From Nemertoderma westbladi (Eukaryota; Animalia; Xenacoelomorpha): 64,000 nucleotides of DNA. Every line of letters begins with the position of its first letter. The stretch's first letter is position 1. The position numbers were made by a program, and so were the translations under genes. This document shows positions 1-12,207 of this stretch, piece by piece. Location: assembly GCA_032718475.1 (NCBI GenBank), contig JAUCBJ010005613.1:1-64000 (forward strand). The letters run 5' to 3'. The notes beneath the pieces are model-generated. The model saw nothing but the letters and a program-made list of their open reading frames with translations, was not told where the DNA came from and did not search any database.

Positions 1-62
1 GAGAATGCACCGAAGAAAGCCCGAAGAAAGAACGAGAGTGCATCAACGTTAACCAAGGTAAG

Positions 63-1514
63 GTGAGTAACATCAAACCTAACTGTGCGCTGTGCGACGG
101 GACCCACCGTTTGAGTGCGTGTGCTGAATTTCTAAAGAAATCCCTTGTAGACAGACGTACAGTCCTGTGGGACAAGCGGTTATGCTATAATTGCCTCAGA
201 CCAGGACACCAACGGCGAACCTGTTACTCCGACATAAAGTGTGCAAAGTGTGGCGCGAAACATCACATCTTGTTACACAGTGAGTTCGAACGAGACAGAC
301 AGAGTCAGGTAAGTGAGCCCGAACTACATGTCCAATTTAGTGACGTAAACGACACTGATCAAGAGTCTGAGATGGAAGGATTCTATACTGACGAATTCTC
401 CGACGCCAATGAATCCTGTTATCTAATAAATACCGCGGTGTATCGAGCACTTACTTACGAAAAGGACATCAACGATGAGTTTCCCCCAACTACTTTCGCC
501 AAACAACCATCTTGGAAAGCTCCAGCTTCCAACGTAGGAATCAGAGAATTTCCTGTAGTGCAGGTAAGAGTTCACGGTCTTAACAAAAGCTACATAGTGA
601 ACGCCCTCCTTGACTCCGGCAGCACAGGAACATTCATCGATCAAGAACTAGCCGAAGATATCTTTGCTGGACAACCCAAGTTCCGGACTAAATTGAATAT
701 GTCAGGAATTATGCAGGTTTGGAAATCTACCCTAACGGCAGATTACTATGTAGGTGTGTTGTCCACCCCCCAGGATAAGTTAGGAACACAAGGTATAAGG
801 TCAGTAAAAATGGTGGCTATAAAGAACTTTGCTACTACTCAAGCAGACCTTTATAATTGGGACGAAGATGAGAGCGTCCAACATCTTAAGATACCTCGAT
901 TCCAGACAGATTATCCTGGAGTGCAAATACTTATCGGCCAAAACGCGCACGAGGCGCTCGAAACATTAGAGAAACGGCCTGCTCAACCACAACCACTGCA
1001 AACCTATGCGGTAAGAACTAGAGTAGGTTGGTACTTTACTGGCCCTTCCCGTAGAACTCTCAAAGAGAGATTACCTCAACAACAGGTATACCAAGTAAAG
1101 GGGGAAGTGGAGAGCAGTGTTGTGGACGATCCAACTGAGGGAACACCATACTCCTCAGATAATGACGATATTAACTCCAATGTAGATCAATGGAGACATT
1201 GCCTTGGGACGATTAATCCAGCCGACATCGCTTCCAGAGGAGCAACTCCTCAAGAACTGATAGATACCCCAGGCTGGTTAGGTGGATCCGACTTCTTAAG
1301 TAAAGAAGAAGAAGAATGGCCTCCTCATCTTACCACGGCGGAGAGTAGACAGGCCAAGGGAGCGGAGAAACTAACACAACCACTCAATCGCCCAGCTAGT
1401 CGTTTATGTTTACTGGAAAGAGACCGAAAACTGTCCGGAAACTATGGAAGGCAAGATACTCTTCCTACGACCACTTCCCTAATCCGACAAATATCTAGGG
1501 ACTCCATAACGTAA
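63..1514 (+). mobile_element. BEL/Pao LTR retrotransposon polyprotein, internally deleted (Gag zinc knuckles + aspartic protease + RNase H and integrase C-terminal remnants); 5' part lies outside the window
   Basis: Three BEL-type Cys/His knuckles (CALCDGTHRLSAC, CYNCLRPGHQRRTC, CAKCGAKHHILLH), protease LLDSGS, AVRTRVGW, WRHCLGTINPADIASRG and RPASRLCLLE motifs; no RT or integrase core. Confidence 0.9.
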
Positions 1515-1532
1515 TAACATATGGAGTGGGCG

Positions 1533-1790
1533 TGTGACTATATCATTTTATATTTGTTTTTATTTTATATTTATGTATGTATTATTATGTAATTTTATTA
1601 TAATCGTTTTCTTTAATTTTATTTAGTAGAATGTTATTTTAGAATATTTAGTAAATTAGTGCAATATATTAGTGTTTATTACGTATTTAATTACTTACAA
1701 TATATTTAGTGCGACGGCAAGAAATAATTATTTTTCTCTTTCCTTACTGTCCGTATTATATTATAAATGCGAGACTATAGTAAGTTAACA
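1533..1790 (+). mobile_element. 3' LTR of the BEL/Pao element (about 258 bp)
   Basis: Purine-rich GGAGTGGGCG (1523-1532) just after the stop codon, then TGTGACTA...AAGTTAACA ends, then an abrupt switch to satellite. Confidence 0.7.
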
Positions 1791-3810
1791 AAAGTGTACA
1801 AGATTCCCATTTTCACGCTTTTCCAGGGCACCACAATACATTCCCACTTAAAGCCGTCTCCGAGTGACCCAGATCCCCTTTGTCACACTTTCCAAAAGTG
1901 TACCAGATTCACATTCTCACACTTTCCAAAAGTGTACCAGATTCGCATTCTCACTCTTTTCCAGGGCACCACAATACATTCCCACTAAGGCTTCTCCCAT
2001 TTAAACACTTTTCCAAAGGTGTACCAGATTCACATTCAAACACTTTTAAAAAGGCGTACCAGAGATTCCCATTCAAACACGTTTCCAAAGGTGTACCAGA
2101 TTCACATTCAAACACTTTTAAAAAGGTGTACCAGATTCCCATTCAAACACTTTTCCAAAGGTGTACCAGGTTAACATTCTCATACATTCCAAAAGTGTAC
2201 CAGATTCCCATTCTCACACTTTTCCAAGGCACCACAATACATTCCCACTCAAAGCCCTCTCCTAGTGTTCCAGATTCCCATTCAAACACTTTTCCAAAGG
2301 TGTACCAGATTCCCATTCTCACACTTTTCCAGGGCACCACAACACATTCCCACTCAAAGGCTTCTCCCAGTGATCCAGATTCCCATTCAAACACTTTTCC
2401 AAAGGTGTATCAGATTCACATTCTCACACTTTCCAAAAGTGAACCAGATTCCCTTTCTCACTATTTTCCAGGGCACCACAATACATTCCCACTCAAAGGC
2501 TTCTCCCAGTGATCCAGATTCCCATTCAAACACTTTTCCAAAGGTGTACCAGATTCACATTCTCACACTTTCCAAAAGTGTACCAGATTCCCTTTCTCAC
2601 ACTTTTCCAGGGCACCACAATACATTCCAACTTAAAGGCTTCTCCCAGTGATCCAGATTCCCATTCAAACACTTTTCCAAAGGTGTACCAGATTCACATT
2701 CTCACACTTTCCAAAGGTGTACCAGATTCCCTTTCTCACACTTTTCCAGGGCACCACAATACATTCCAACTTAAAGGCTTCTCCCAGTGACCCAGATTCC
2801 CATTCAAACACTTTTCCAAAGGTGTATCAGATTCACATTCTCACACTTTCCAAAAGTGAACCAGATTCCCTTTCTCACTATTTTCCAGGGCACCACAATA
2901 CATTCCCACTCAAAGGCTTCTCCCAGTGATCCAGATTCCCATTCAAACACTTTGCCAAAGGTGTACCAGATTCACATTCTCAGACTTTCCAAAAGTGTAC
3001 CAGATTCCCTTTCTCACACTTTTCCAGGGCACCACAATACATTCCAACTTAAAGGCTTCTCCCAGTGATCCAGATTCCCATTAAACACGTTTCCAAAGGT
3101 GTACCAGATTCCCATTCTTACTGTTTTCCAGGGCACCACAATACATTCTCACTTAAAGGCTTCTCCCAGTGATCCAGATTCCCATTCAAACACTTTGCCA
3201 AAGGTGTACCAGATTCACATTCTCAGACTTTCCAAAAGTGTACCAGATTCCCTTTCTCACACTTTTCCAGGGCACCACAATACATTCCTACTTAAAGGCT
3301 TCTCCTTGTGACCCAGATTCACATTCTCACACTTTCCAAAAGTGTTCCCGATTTCCATTCTCACACTTTTCCAGGGCACCACAATACATTCTCACTTGAA
3401 CGCTTCTCCCTGTGATCCAGATTCCCATTCAAACACTTTTCCAAAGCAGTACCAGATTCCCATTCAAAAACTTTTGCAAGGGTGTACCAGATTCACATTC
3501 AAACACTTTTCCCATTGTTCCAGATTCCCATTCAAACACTTTTCCTAGGGTGCCAGTTTCCCATTAAAACACTTTTCCCAGGGTTCCAGATTCCCATTCA
3601 AACACTTTTCCTAGGGTGCCAGATTCCCATTCAAACACTTTTCCCTGGGTACCAGATTGCCATTCAAGCACTTTTCCTAGGGTGCCAGTTTCCCATTAAA
3701 ACACTTTTCCCAGGGTTCCAGATTCCCATTCAAACACTTTTCCCTGGGTACCAGATTGCCATTCAAACACTTTTCCAGGGTGCCACATTACCACTAAAAC
3801 ATTTTTCTAA

Positions 3811-4369
3811 GTCCCTTCCTTCACTGGTAAATCGTATGTCATAAAGTCGGAATAAATTATAGAACACGTATTGGTTTGAATGGGAGTGTCTACACTGGTA
3901 TGTCATAAGTCAAATGTTACGACCCATGACTCGAAAGTAATTATGCCCCATGTTCCATCTTTTGACATAGGACTCATGAGTTCTTTCTGGCAAGAGGCCT
4001 GTGATTGGTTACTTTGGGTAACAGCAAAATTTTCATCGAAGGTTTTAAATGACATGTGAGTGTAATTCTTCAATTTTTCCTTATCTTCTGTTAGCAGCTG
4101 TATAATTTTACCATAAATACGTATTTCGCTTATTAACATTTATTGCGTCAATTCAATAACGCCTTTGGTGACGCTTTTCTCTACTCCGTCAAATTATAGA
4201 TATAGGTTTCTTTTGGATCACTCATTATACAGTATGAAGACGAATTAAAGTGAATTAATTTTGACACGCTTTTAATATTTTTAACGAAAGTCTTATGACT
4301 TATAATACTTACCAGTGGGGCAAACGACTTATGGCTTACGACTCATGAGTTACCAGTGGAGCACGGGCC
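3811..4369 (-). mobile_element. Non-autonomous PIF/Harbinger derivative inserted in the satellite
   Basis: TAA on both flanks; imperfect TIRs GTCCCTTCCTTCACTGGTAA / TTACCAGTGGAGCACGGGCC; minus-strand peptide EDKEKLKNYTHMSFKTFDE resembles the N-terminal FxNYFRMSxxTFxxL motif of Harbinger transposases. Confidence 0.65.
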
Positions 4370-4462
4370 TAAGGGTACCAGATTCCCATACTCACACCTT
4401 TCCCAGGGCACCACAATACATTCCCATACTCACACATCTCCCAGGGAACCGTAATGGAGTCC

Positions 4463-4572
4463 GGACAATTGCGACCCGGACAATTGCGACCCGGACAATT
4501 GCGATCCGGACAATTGCCACCCATGTTCTTAAATAAAAATTATAGGTCGCAATTGTCTGGGTCGCAATTGTC
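4463..4572. repeat. Small foldback insert of 15-bp GACAATTGCGACCCG units in direct then inverted orientation
   Basis: Four direct copies followed by two GGTCGCAATTGTC inverted copies. Confidence 0.6.
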
Positions 4573-5036
4573 GTAACATCAACCACAATACATTCCCATA
4601 CTCACCTTTCCCAGGGCACCAAAATACATTCCCATACTCAAACCTTTCCCAGGGCACCACAATACATTCCCATACTCACACATTTCCCAGTGAACCACAA
4701 TACATTCCCATACTCACACCTTTCTCAGGGCACCAAAATTAATTTCTATACTCACACATTTCCCAGGGAACCAGAATACATTCCCATACTCACACATTTC
4801 CCAGGGCACCAAAATACTTTCCCATACTCAGACCTTTCCCAGGGCACCACAATACATTCCCATACTCACACCTTTCCCAGGGCACCAAAATACATTAACT
4901 TCCAACACTACTCCCTGTGACCCACATTCCGATTCATACACTTTTCCCTTGTCACCAGATTCCACGTATCGTTGTATCGATTCCACGAAATACTTATCAC
5001 GTGAAACACGTGTCACGGGAGATACATGTTTATTTT

Positions 5037-5717
5037 TTCCATGAGTCTGCCAAAGTACTAGATTGTGTACAGGCTGGTCCTCACGGCGAAAACAATGTCA
5101 TGTAAAGCGGAGGCGGCTTTGTTCAAGTTTCAAGCTTAGGGAACTAATGGGACACATCCAATGTTAAATAGTGTCTGATACGATATGTGTGCATTATTCC
5201 TGACGCAGTAGACCCGACCGACATAGCTTTCTTGTGAATGTGCCATCCAGAGATTTGGTGTCCTCAGCAGTTAGATCTCAGTATGGACTCCCATAGAGAA
5301 GTACTGGTACTAATGATGCCATAAATAATCGATCCTAATCGATTCTATGGGACTTCCAAATCCTGGAAATACCATTCAATGCCGCCCATGCCTTAGCCTT
5401 ACGTATTCGAAGGTGAATCACCTGACTTGATCCTAATTTGTTCATCCATGATCCCATATTATCAGCAAGCATCAGTATGCTCAAGCATGCCATTGATCAT
5501 ACGATAAGACATTTGCTGAGGACGTTCAAAGTTAATTGTCAGAATTTTGGTCTTCACTAGAAGTATCCTGTTCTATGAGCTGAGGAGCCGTTGGGCTCCC
5601 TCTAGTGATTTATTAGAGTACTCCTAACAATTCAGCAGATCAGCAAAGACTAGATAAGATAGGTACTTGGTTGGATTTCCTCGACTTCTGGAGCCAGTAG
5701 GTGGCGTTGTTACCATC
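5037..5717 (-). mobile_element. Degenerate RTE-like LINE fragment (same family as 16838-18200)
   Basis: Collinear nucleotide similarity to the 17030-17720 segment. Confidence 0.8.
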
Positions 5718-8307
5718 GAAACAACTGAGATAAAATATGGGTCTCTCTCTCTGAGGAGTGTGCCACATTAACTCCCAAGTCAAAATACTCTCACAACCAA
5801 ATCTTTATTTGATTGTTTCTTTTATTTGAAATTTGATTTTACCAAATCAAATTTAACCCCAGCGTAATTCAGGGTTCCTATTACAGATGGACTGGCTGAA
5901 ACTTTTCCTTCTCTAGGGCTCGAACTTACGACTCTCCCATTGGAACATATTCGCCATTTTTTTTTATGCCAAGACGAATAATTTGTATAATTAATAATAA
6001 AAAAGTAAGGGTTCAAATATGGCAATTATGACTGTCATAATTGCCGCCATCAGGTAGAATTATTTGTAAACATATCTTATTGATAATGTACGCAATTTAT
6101 TCACTAGGGGGCGCTCAAAACTCCCCGGATATCTTCAAGCTCTAACGGATCCATCATCGTTGTTCTACAACTTTTCAGATTGGCCGATGGATTTTATTGT
6201 CCACTCACACTACGCGTTTGAGTGGATAGAACTTCCTGCCTACCAGAAGGAGCTTCCCTGAGCGCAGTTGGAATAGGAAGTGAAATTGTTAGGTAATTTA
6301 CTCTATGCCACTTCCTACATACAACACACATATCACCGTAAATTAACGATGCACGAACAAGCTTTAGCTGTTATTGTCCATTTGACCAGTTTTACAACTT
6401 CACATGAAACGCTTCACCCCAGAGGGGATTGATTTACTTACACTGTTGTACTGTATTCGAGTTTATGTAATGGAATAATTTTATTCATTCTTTCACTAAA
6501 TATGTCATGCTGCACTCTACCTCACTTACGCCACGTGCAGTTATAGTTTGTTATTTTCAATACTTATAGGCCCACATTATGCATTATAGTATCTATCAGT
6601 AGTTCTTACCGGTACCTTGTATTCCCACCTTGGCGTAATCGTTTAATTCGCGTCTCTGGTTCCAGAAGTCATGGGTTCGAGCATTAGACGAGGATTAGAG
6701 GTTATTAATCTTGCATTTCAATATGAATACCTCATTTTGCACTACCGCAGTACTTTAGTACAGTATACTCCGTGTAGTAGGCCACAAGCCGATTCATGGA
6801 GTTGGAGTACAGATATAATTGGTGTTGTGAATGGCTCCCGCGGGTTTTCACTTCTTCTATTTCAGCTTTAGGCCTACTATCTGTACCATACAAATTAAGT
6901 AAATAATGCGAGTTGCTAGGAAACTAGATAAATGGCATTCTTAGGTGATCGCGGAAGCGTTAGTGATTTTTACCGGCAGGGCGGAACCATCCGTTATGAA
7001 ATATTGGTTTCTTCCATGTAGGATGTATGCTCTGTTAAGAAATATAGCAATATAGGTTTCTTCCATGTAGGGCTGTAGGGTGTACGCTCTTAAATTCATG
7101 ATCCTTGATCCATTTTTTAAATGTAATATTCATAGCCAAGCCATTCAACCACCCATTCATGCTGTCCGAGTTCGCTTCATAGCCAAAAATGAAAGAGTCC
7201 AAATATTGAATAGTACAGTATTATTTAAACTAAACATTGTTTCTTTTTACAAATGTTGTAAACTTGGACAGTTAGAACTGTTTTCACCCACAATTGATGG
7301 CTGGGGGCTTATTTAGTATGTAATACTTTACTATAATGTACCACATTAGTATAATATGTGCCAAGGCACATAGGACGCCTTGATATGTACCCAGTATTAT
7401 TATAGAAAATACCACCCGCGTTATACCCTGCCAGTAAGTGGCCAAAACAATTCCTTTTTTGTTAATTTTTTTGACAAACATTTTTTTTTGAATTTCAACC
7501 TCCCCCCTCCCCCCTCCTCCCTATAAACTTTCCATTCTCTCCCCTTCTCAATTCTCTCTTAAGGAGAAGGGTTAGTAATTTTTACTGTTGAAGTTTTTCT
7601 GTATTGTATGTAGTTAACGTTCGCCCGGATGTATAATGTATCAGTCACTATAGACTTCCGGTAAAACAATGAATAACGTAAACTCGCGATAATCTGTGGT
7701 ATACAGAGGATAGTATGGTAGTAGGCCTAAAAAGGCGAAACTGGAATAAGTGAAATTCAAATTTCCCGCGTAAGCCATGAAACAAATAAATATTTACTCC
7801 ACGAAACCCGCTTGCTGCGTGCTGGCTTGTGAGGTAGGGGCCTACTGGCATGGCAATGTACCCTGCACACTGCCTATTGTTAGATTGTTGGTAACTTAAC
7901 TGAATTAAGCCTCATTCTCTGTTCAGGTTCACCCATATTTGCTATTACCAGATTACTGTATTATTTCGCCACTCAGCACTATCTTCAAGCCTCGTGCAGA
8001 GGATAGGCATAGGATAGTGATGATATTATTATTGATTTCAGGATTTAAGCCTATCAGCCTATTCAGTTATTAATTCAGAAGACCTAATTACAGAATTATA
8101 GATGGATACAATGAGGCCTAATATCTGAATATTGGATTCGGATTTTTGAAGTGGTGATTGTAAATGAAGATACATTAAAACGATGGATTTGGATGTAGTA
8201 TAGATCTGGTAAATAGGCTACTGGATATCTGATGACCGGTCAGCCGCTAGGTTGCTGGCAGCTGCAGAGCTGGGCTGACTATATTCTGATATTTAATATA
8301 TATAATA

Positions 8308-10290
8308 ATGTTACCAACAGCCAGTACCTGTAATGTTGGTATCAACTCTATATTGTATTACCTGCTGTATTATTCGTTGTTTTGTTGCGGTACGTGTGTA
8401 TCCAAGATGATGTGGCGTACAGTGGAGCAGTATGGTTCCATGCAGCCGAGTCCAAGGCGGGATTTCGCTATTGTTTACAGTGATCGCTCATCCGAAGATA
8501 AACTCTTGTTGTTCGGGGGAAGAAACAAATATAAAAACAAAATCTACGACGACGTCTGGTTGTTTGGGTTACGGACTAAGAAGTGGGATAGAGTAGTCTC
8601 CAGTAACGGGGTGCACCCATCAGCCAGACATTCTATGGTATATGGTATATCTAAGGGTCAGTTTATTGTTGCTATGGGAGCAGGTTACTACGGGGTTTTA
8701 TTCAATGATGTTTGGTGTTTCGATGTTGCCTCTAATCTTTGGTCCGTCGTCCACGCAAAGATCGATCCAGACAGACCAGCCCCACAGCCGCGGTACGCCT
8801 CTGGCGGTGGAGTGTACGCCGATTCATGCAAACTCCATGTGACCTTCGGGGTCACCCATCACGGAAACTGGAACACTTGGAGCTTCGATTTGGAGAGTCG
8901 GTTGTGGAGTTTGGAGTCTGAGTTGTGGCACCCGTACACCCCGTGGTTGCCACACCCCCGAAACTCGCACACAGCGGTGCCGGTGTCCCAGGACTCTCTG
9001 GTGCTCACCGGTGGGTGTCTGGCTGACAGCAGCTCGGCGGGACCCTGTCCCTCCTCCGATTCCTGGCTCTACCACGCCCACGCATGGCGTCGTCTTTCCC
9101 CTTGCCACTACCCCGCCAACCACGCGGCCGCCACCCTGTACCCCGTTAACCAACCCTCGTACATCATCCTGCACGGAGGATCGCCACATCTCGAACCGTT
9201 AGTCGCTGTCCCACCGCCACTAGCCAATCAGCTGTCTGTGTACGACATGTCGACCTCCCATTGGTTCACAGTTTACACGAACTCGACACTCAGCGGGACG
9301 TCCCAGTTCCCGACCCCTCGTTCGGGGCACGGCTTCCTCTCCACTCGCATGGGTGCAGTCCTATACGGTGGGGAGGCCTTGGAGAATTACATGCTGACTG
9401 ACATGTGGTCCTTAGACGGGGACTTGGTACCCACAGACACTTGCGACAACGCCTCTAGCTCCATCACATACATCCTCCTTCACGGAGTCACAATGTTCCT
9501 AGCCTACGGAGTCCTCCTCCAACTAGGAGGACTTATATCCCGGTATCTACCTCACCATCGCCATTGCTACAAACTCCATGTTCTCATCCAGGGTTCCGGT
9601 CTACTAGTCTCTCTATTGGGCTTCTCCTTCGCATGTATGTCAGTCAGTAAGGACCACTTCCGTTTCTCCCACGGTCTAATAGGCTTCGTTATTATTCTCA
9701 TGGGCTTTCTGCAACCAATGAACGCTCTTTTTAAACCAAGAGACGACCAGACTAACAATCCCCTGTTGCTGTCTATGTGGAAGGGCTTACATAAAGTAAC
9801 CGGTCGCCTTATACTAATTCTATCTTTAGTTAATATAACATTGGGACTTTTCCTCGCAGTAGCTCCGTCTACGTTGTGGGCAACTTGGTTTGTTTACTTA
9901 GCTGGTATTGTTATTGTTTACGTTGCCCTGGAAACTCGAATGAAGTGGTTCCAGACGAAGGCTACCGAATACGAAGGGCCTGACTCTGTGCTGAACAATC
10001 GTGATAATTTAGCAGTTGGTCCAGGATCGACATATCGTGATAAAGGATCAGGTGATCCCGGGTACATAGTTCATGATCCTGGGCCGAGAGATTGTGATCA
10101 TGTGTCCAGAGATGGTGACAGTGTGAATTTTGATCCAACGTATCGTGCTAGACAGAATGTACCGGTACTCAACATTGTTAACAGATCTTTACTTGTCCAT
10201 AATACCGGACCGCAACAGACAGTAATGTTGGAAGGCGATACATATTCCGATGATATTCATAAATCAGGAATTCTAGAATCTAGTGTTTAG
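8308..10290 (+). CDS. Kelch-repeat beta-propeller + cytochrome b561 (DOMON/FRRS1-type) membrane protein, 660 aa, uninterrupted ORF
   Basis: N-terminal hydrophobic stretch; repeated Kelch motifs (PSPRRDF..LLLFGG..DVW, PSARHSM, PTPRSGH..LYGG..DMW); about five TM helices with four heme-ligand-type His (LLHGVTM, KLHVLIQ, FSHGLIG, GLHKVTG). Confidence 0.88.
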   Translation: MLPTASTCNVGINSILYYLLYYSLFCCGTCVSKMMWRTVEQYGSMQPSPRRDFAIVYSDRSSEDKLLLFGGRNKYKNKIYDDVWLFGLRTKKWDRVVSSNGVHPSARHSMVYGISKGQFIVAMGAGYYGVLFNDVWCFDVASNLWSVVHAKIDPDRPAPQPRYASGGGVYADSCKLHVTFGVTHHGNWNTWSFDLESRLWSLESELWHPYTPWLPHPRNSHTAVPVSQDSLVLTGGCLADSSSAGPCPSSDSWLYHAHAWRRLSPCHYPANHAAATLYPVNQPSYIILHGGSPHLEPLVAVPPPLANQLSVYDMSTSHWFTVYTNSTLSGTSQFPTPRSGHGFLSTRMGAVLYGGEALENYMLTDMWSLDGDLVPTDTCDNASSSITYILLHGVTMFLAYGVLLQLGGLISRYLPHHRHCYKLHVLIQGSGLLVSLLGFSFACMSVSKDHFRFSHGLIGFVIILMGFLQPMNALFKPRDDQTNNPLLLSMWKGLHKVTGRLILILSLVNITLGLFLAVAPSTLWATWFVYLAGIVIVYVALETRMKWFQTKATEYEGPDSVLNNRDNLAVGPGSTYRDKGSGDPGYIVHDPGPRDCDHVSRDGDSVNFDPTYRARQNVPVLNIVNRSLLVHNTGPQQTVMLEGDTYSDDIHKSGILESSV

Positions 10291-10557
10291 ATTTTTTAAA
10301 GTAATTTTATTTATTTGTATGGAATTAATTTCGCGCTACCAAATCGCCAGGGCGACATATTTTCTAACTTCACATCGCATTGCGACATTATTTCTCAGGA
10401 CGTCCCTACGCCATACATTTTACTATGTATTTCCAATATATCTTATCCAATCCAGTATGTCTCCGCATTATTCTAAATGTAATCACATGACGTCATTCGA
10501 ATACGCACTATAACTGTTTCACAATTCTAACGCTTACAAAATTTAAAATTTTAAACG

Positions 10558-10614
10558 CCAGATTTGAACCAGCGGTCTTTACATTAATAACCTGACGCGT
10601 CATCCACTACGCTA
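10558..10614 (-). mobile_element. Degenerate tRNA-derived SINE head
   Basis: Minus strand reads TAGCGTAGTGG (A box) ... GGTTCAAATC (B box). Confidence 0.45.
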
Positions 10615-10747
10615 ATTTGGTACGAGAAAGAAGTGTTTATAATTAACTTGTGTGTAAATAATTAATTTGTTAATGCTTTCCTTCTACAAGGTGTTGTCCC
10701 CACATATAAATAAAGTTAAATTCGCCATTATTCCTAACTTATAGGAA

Positions 10748-10808
10748 GGGGTCTAGTGGTTGTAGTCTCGCCTTCCACCTCGAGGTCCCAGGTTCGAATC
10801 CGACACCA
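10748..10808 (+). mobile_element. tRNA(Gly)-like SINE head / Pol III promoter
   Basis: A box GGTCTAGTGG, CTCGCCTTCCA anticodon-arm-like segment, perfect B box GGTTCGAATCC; acceptor stem not intact, so not a functional tRNA. Confidence 0.65.
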
Positions 10809-10847
10809 CGCTGAAGAGACCCAGTAAGGTCGAAACGCGTACGTGGT
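10805..10847 (+). ncRNA. Minimal type I hammerhead ribozyme
   Basis: Stem I ACCACG/CGTGGT, core CTGAAGA, stem II GACC-cagtaa-GGTC, GAAA, palindromic ACGCGT stem III, GUA cleavage triplet ending at 10841. Confidence 0.8.
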
Positions 10848-12207
10848 TTGGAGAGATATGAGATAATAATTTCAAGAAAAATTACGCGATTCCTAAATTT
10901 GTACACTACCCGGTTAAATAGTACGCATGTGATGGGATTAGTCCTACAATTGCGCCAATAAAAGATAAGTTATTTTCGGTAAAATAAACTTATCAATCGA
11001 GGTTAAGACCCCTAGATCCCTTCCTATAATAAATGTATAATAACAAACACCTCGAAAAATACAGCTTGCCAACACATTGTTACTATTCATAATTAGCATT
11101 CTAGACCTTTTACGGCCCTCGTTTTGTTATTTCCATCGCTATAACTCGTGCCGTAATGCTATACAATGCTATTTTATGAACAATGACGAATAGTTATTGT
11201 AGTTGCACATTATCGCATTAACTTTTGTAATGTTTGCATTATTGTCTTCGCATGCTCCATGCTCATAAACAACATGATTTTTCCATTAGTTTTATGTTTT
11301 TCAATAATTTTCCGTTTTTTAAAAGTTGAATAAAGTTTGTTTGATATTTTAAAATTATAGAACATGCTTATATAATGTAAATAATATCGCACCTTTGGAC
11401 AGGTGTTCTATTGTGGACTGTTTATATTAGATAATTTATTATTTGAAAATTGAAATATTATATATATAAATCCTTAATTAATTAATATTGTATTATGATA
11501 TGGTTGGTAATCCTCCCATAGTGTATACTGTATTGGTACTCCGTAATGCTGTGCGTAATCTATTAGTTGTTAATATTGTTTCAGTTCTTGTCTCTAGTAT
11601 AATCCTCATTCGGCTCTGTTTTTAAAACGCCTCCCGTTGTAATCATGTGCTGGATTGCAAGACTTTAACTAAATAATTTTAATTCATTCATGTTTATAAT
11701 TATGAAGTATGAGGGTTCACATAAATAAATATATTTTGCACTGAGCTGTTTTAGTCCCAATGTAAAGCGCCCCAATATAATAGATGGATGTACATGTAAT
11801 AATGGCATATGAGCACAGCGAGGACCATAGCAGAGACGAGAACTGCAAGAGCGTAATTTTATCCGAAATCAAATATGTAAATAGTATTTTATGAGGAAAA
11901 GAGTCGTTTTATTAAATTCCAGTAATATATTGACATCCAAAAGAATTGAGAAATATTAATAATTTTGCTAACTTCAGGTCACCGTTGCCTTTTCGCTTTT
12001 ACGCTGGTACTGCGGTACAAACCTACCGGTAATTTTTTTATTTAACTTATTCTTTAATTTAATAAAACAAAAATTATTAGTAATTTTTTTCCTGATACCA
12101 GACTCTGTTTTAACAATTGATAAATATATAAATATTTAAATTTAACAATTATAAATAGATAATAAATAGCTGTTCGTGTTCGGTTTACTACAAAAAATTA
12201 CCACATT

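Larger units (their letters stand above)
1791..4962. repeat. Complex satellite: 32-38 bp ACCAGATTCCCATTC-type monomers, organised as a 139-bp four-monomer higher-order repeat in about 2300-3300
   Basis: Direct tandem repeats; near-identical ORFs start at 2509, 2648 and 2787 (139 bp apart). Confidence 0.9.

Noticed and set aside
10748-10808. Functional tRNA-Gly gene
   Set aside because: Acceptor and anticodon stems do not pair properly; treated as a SINE head
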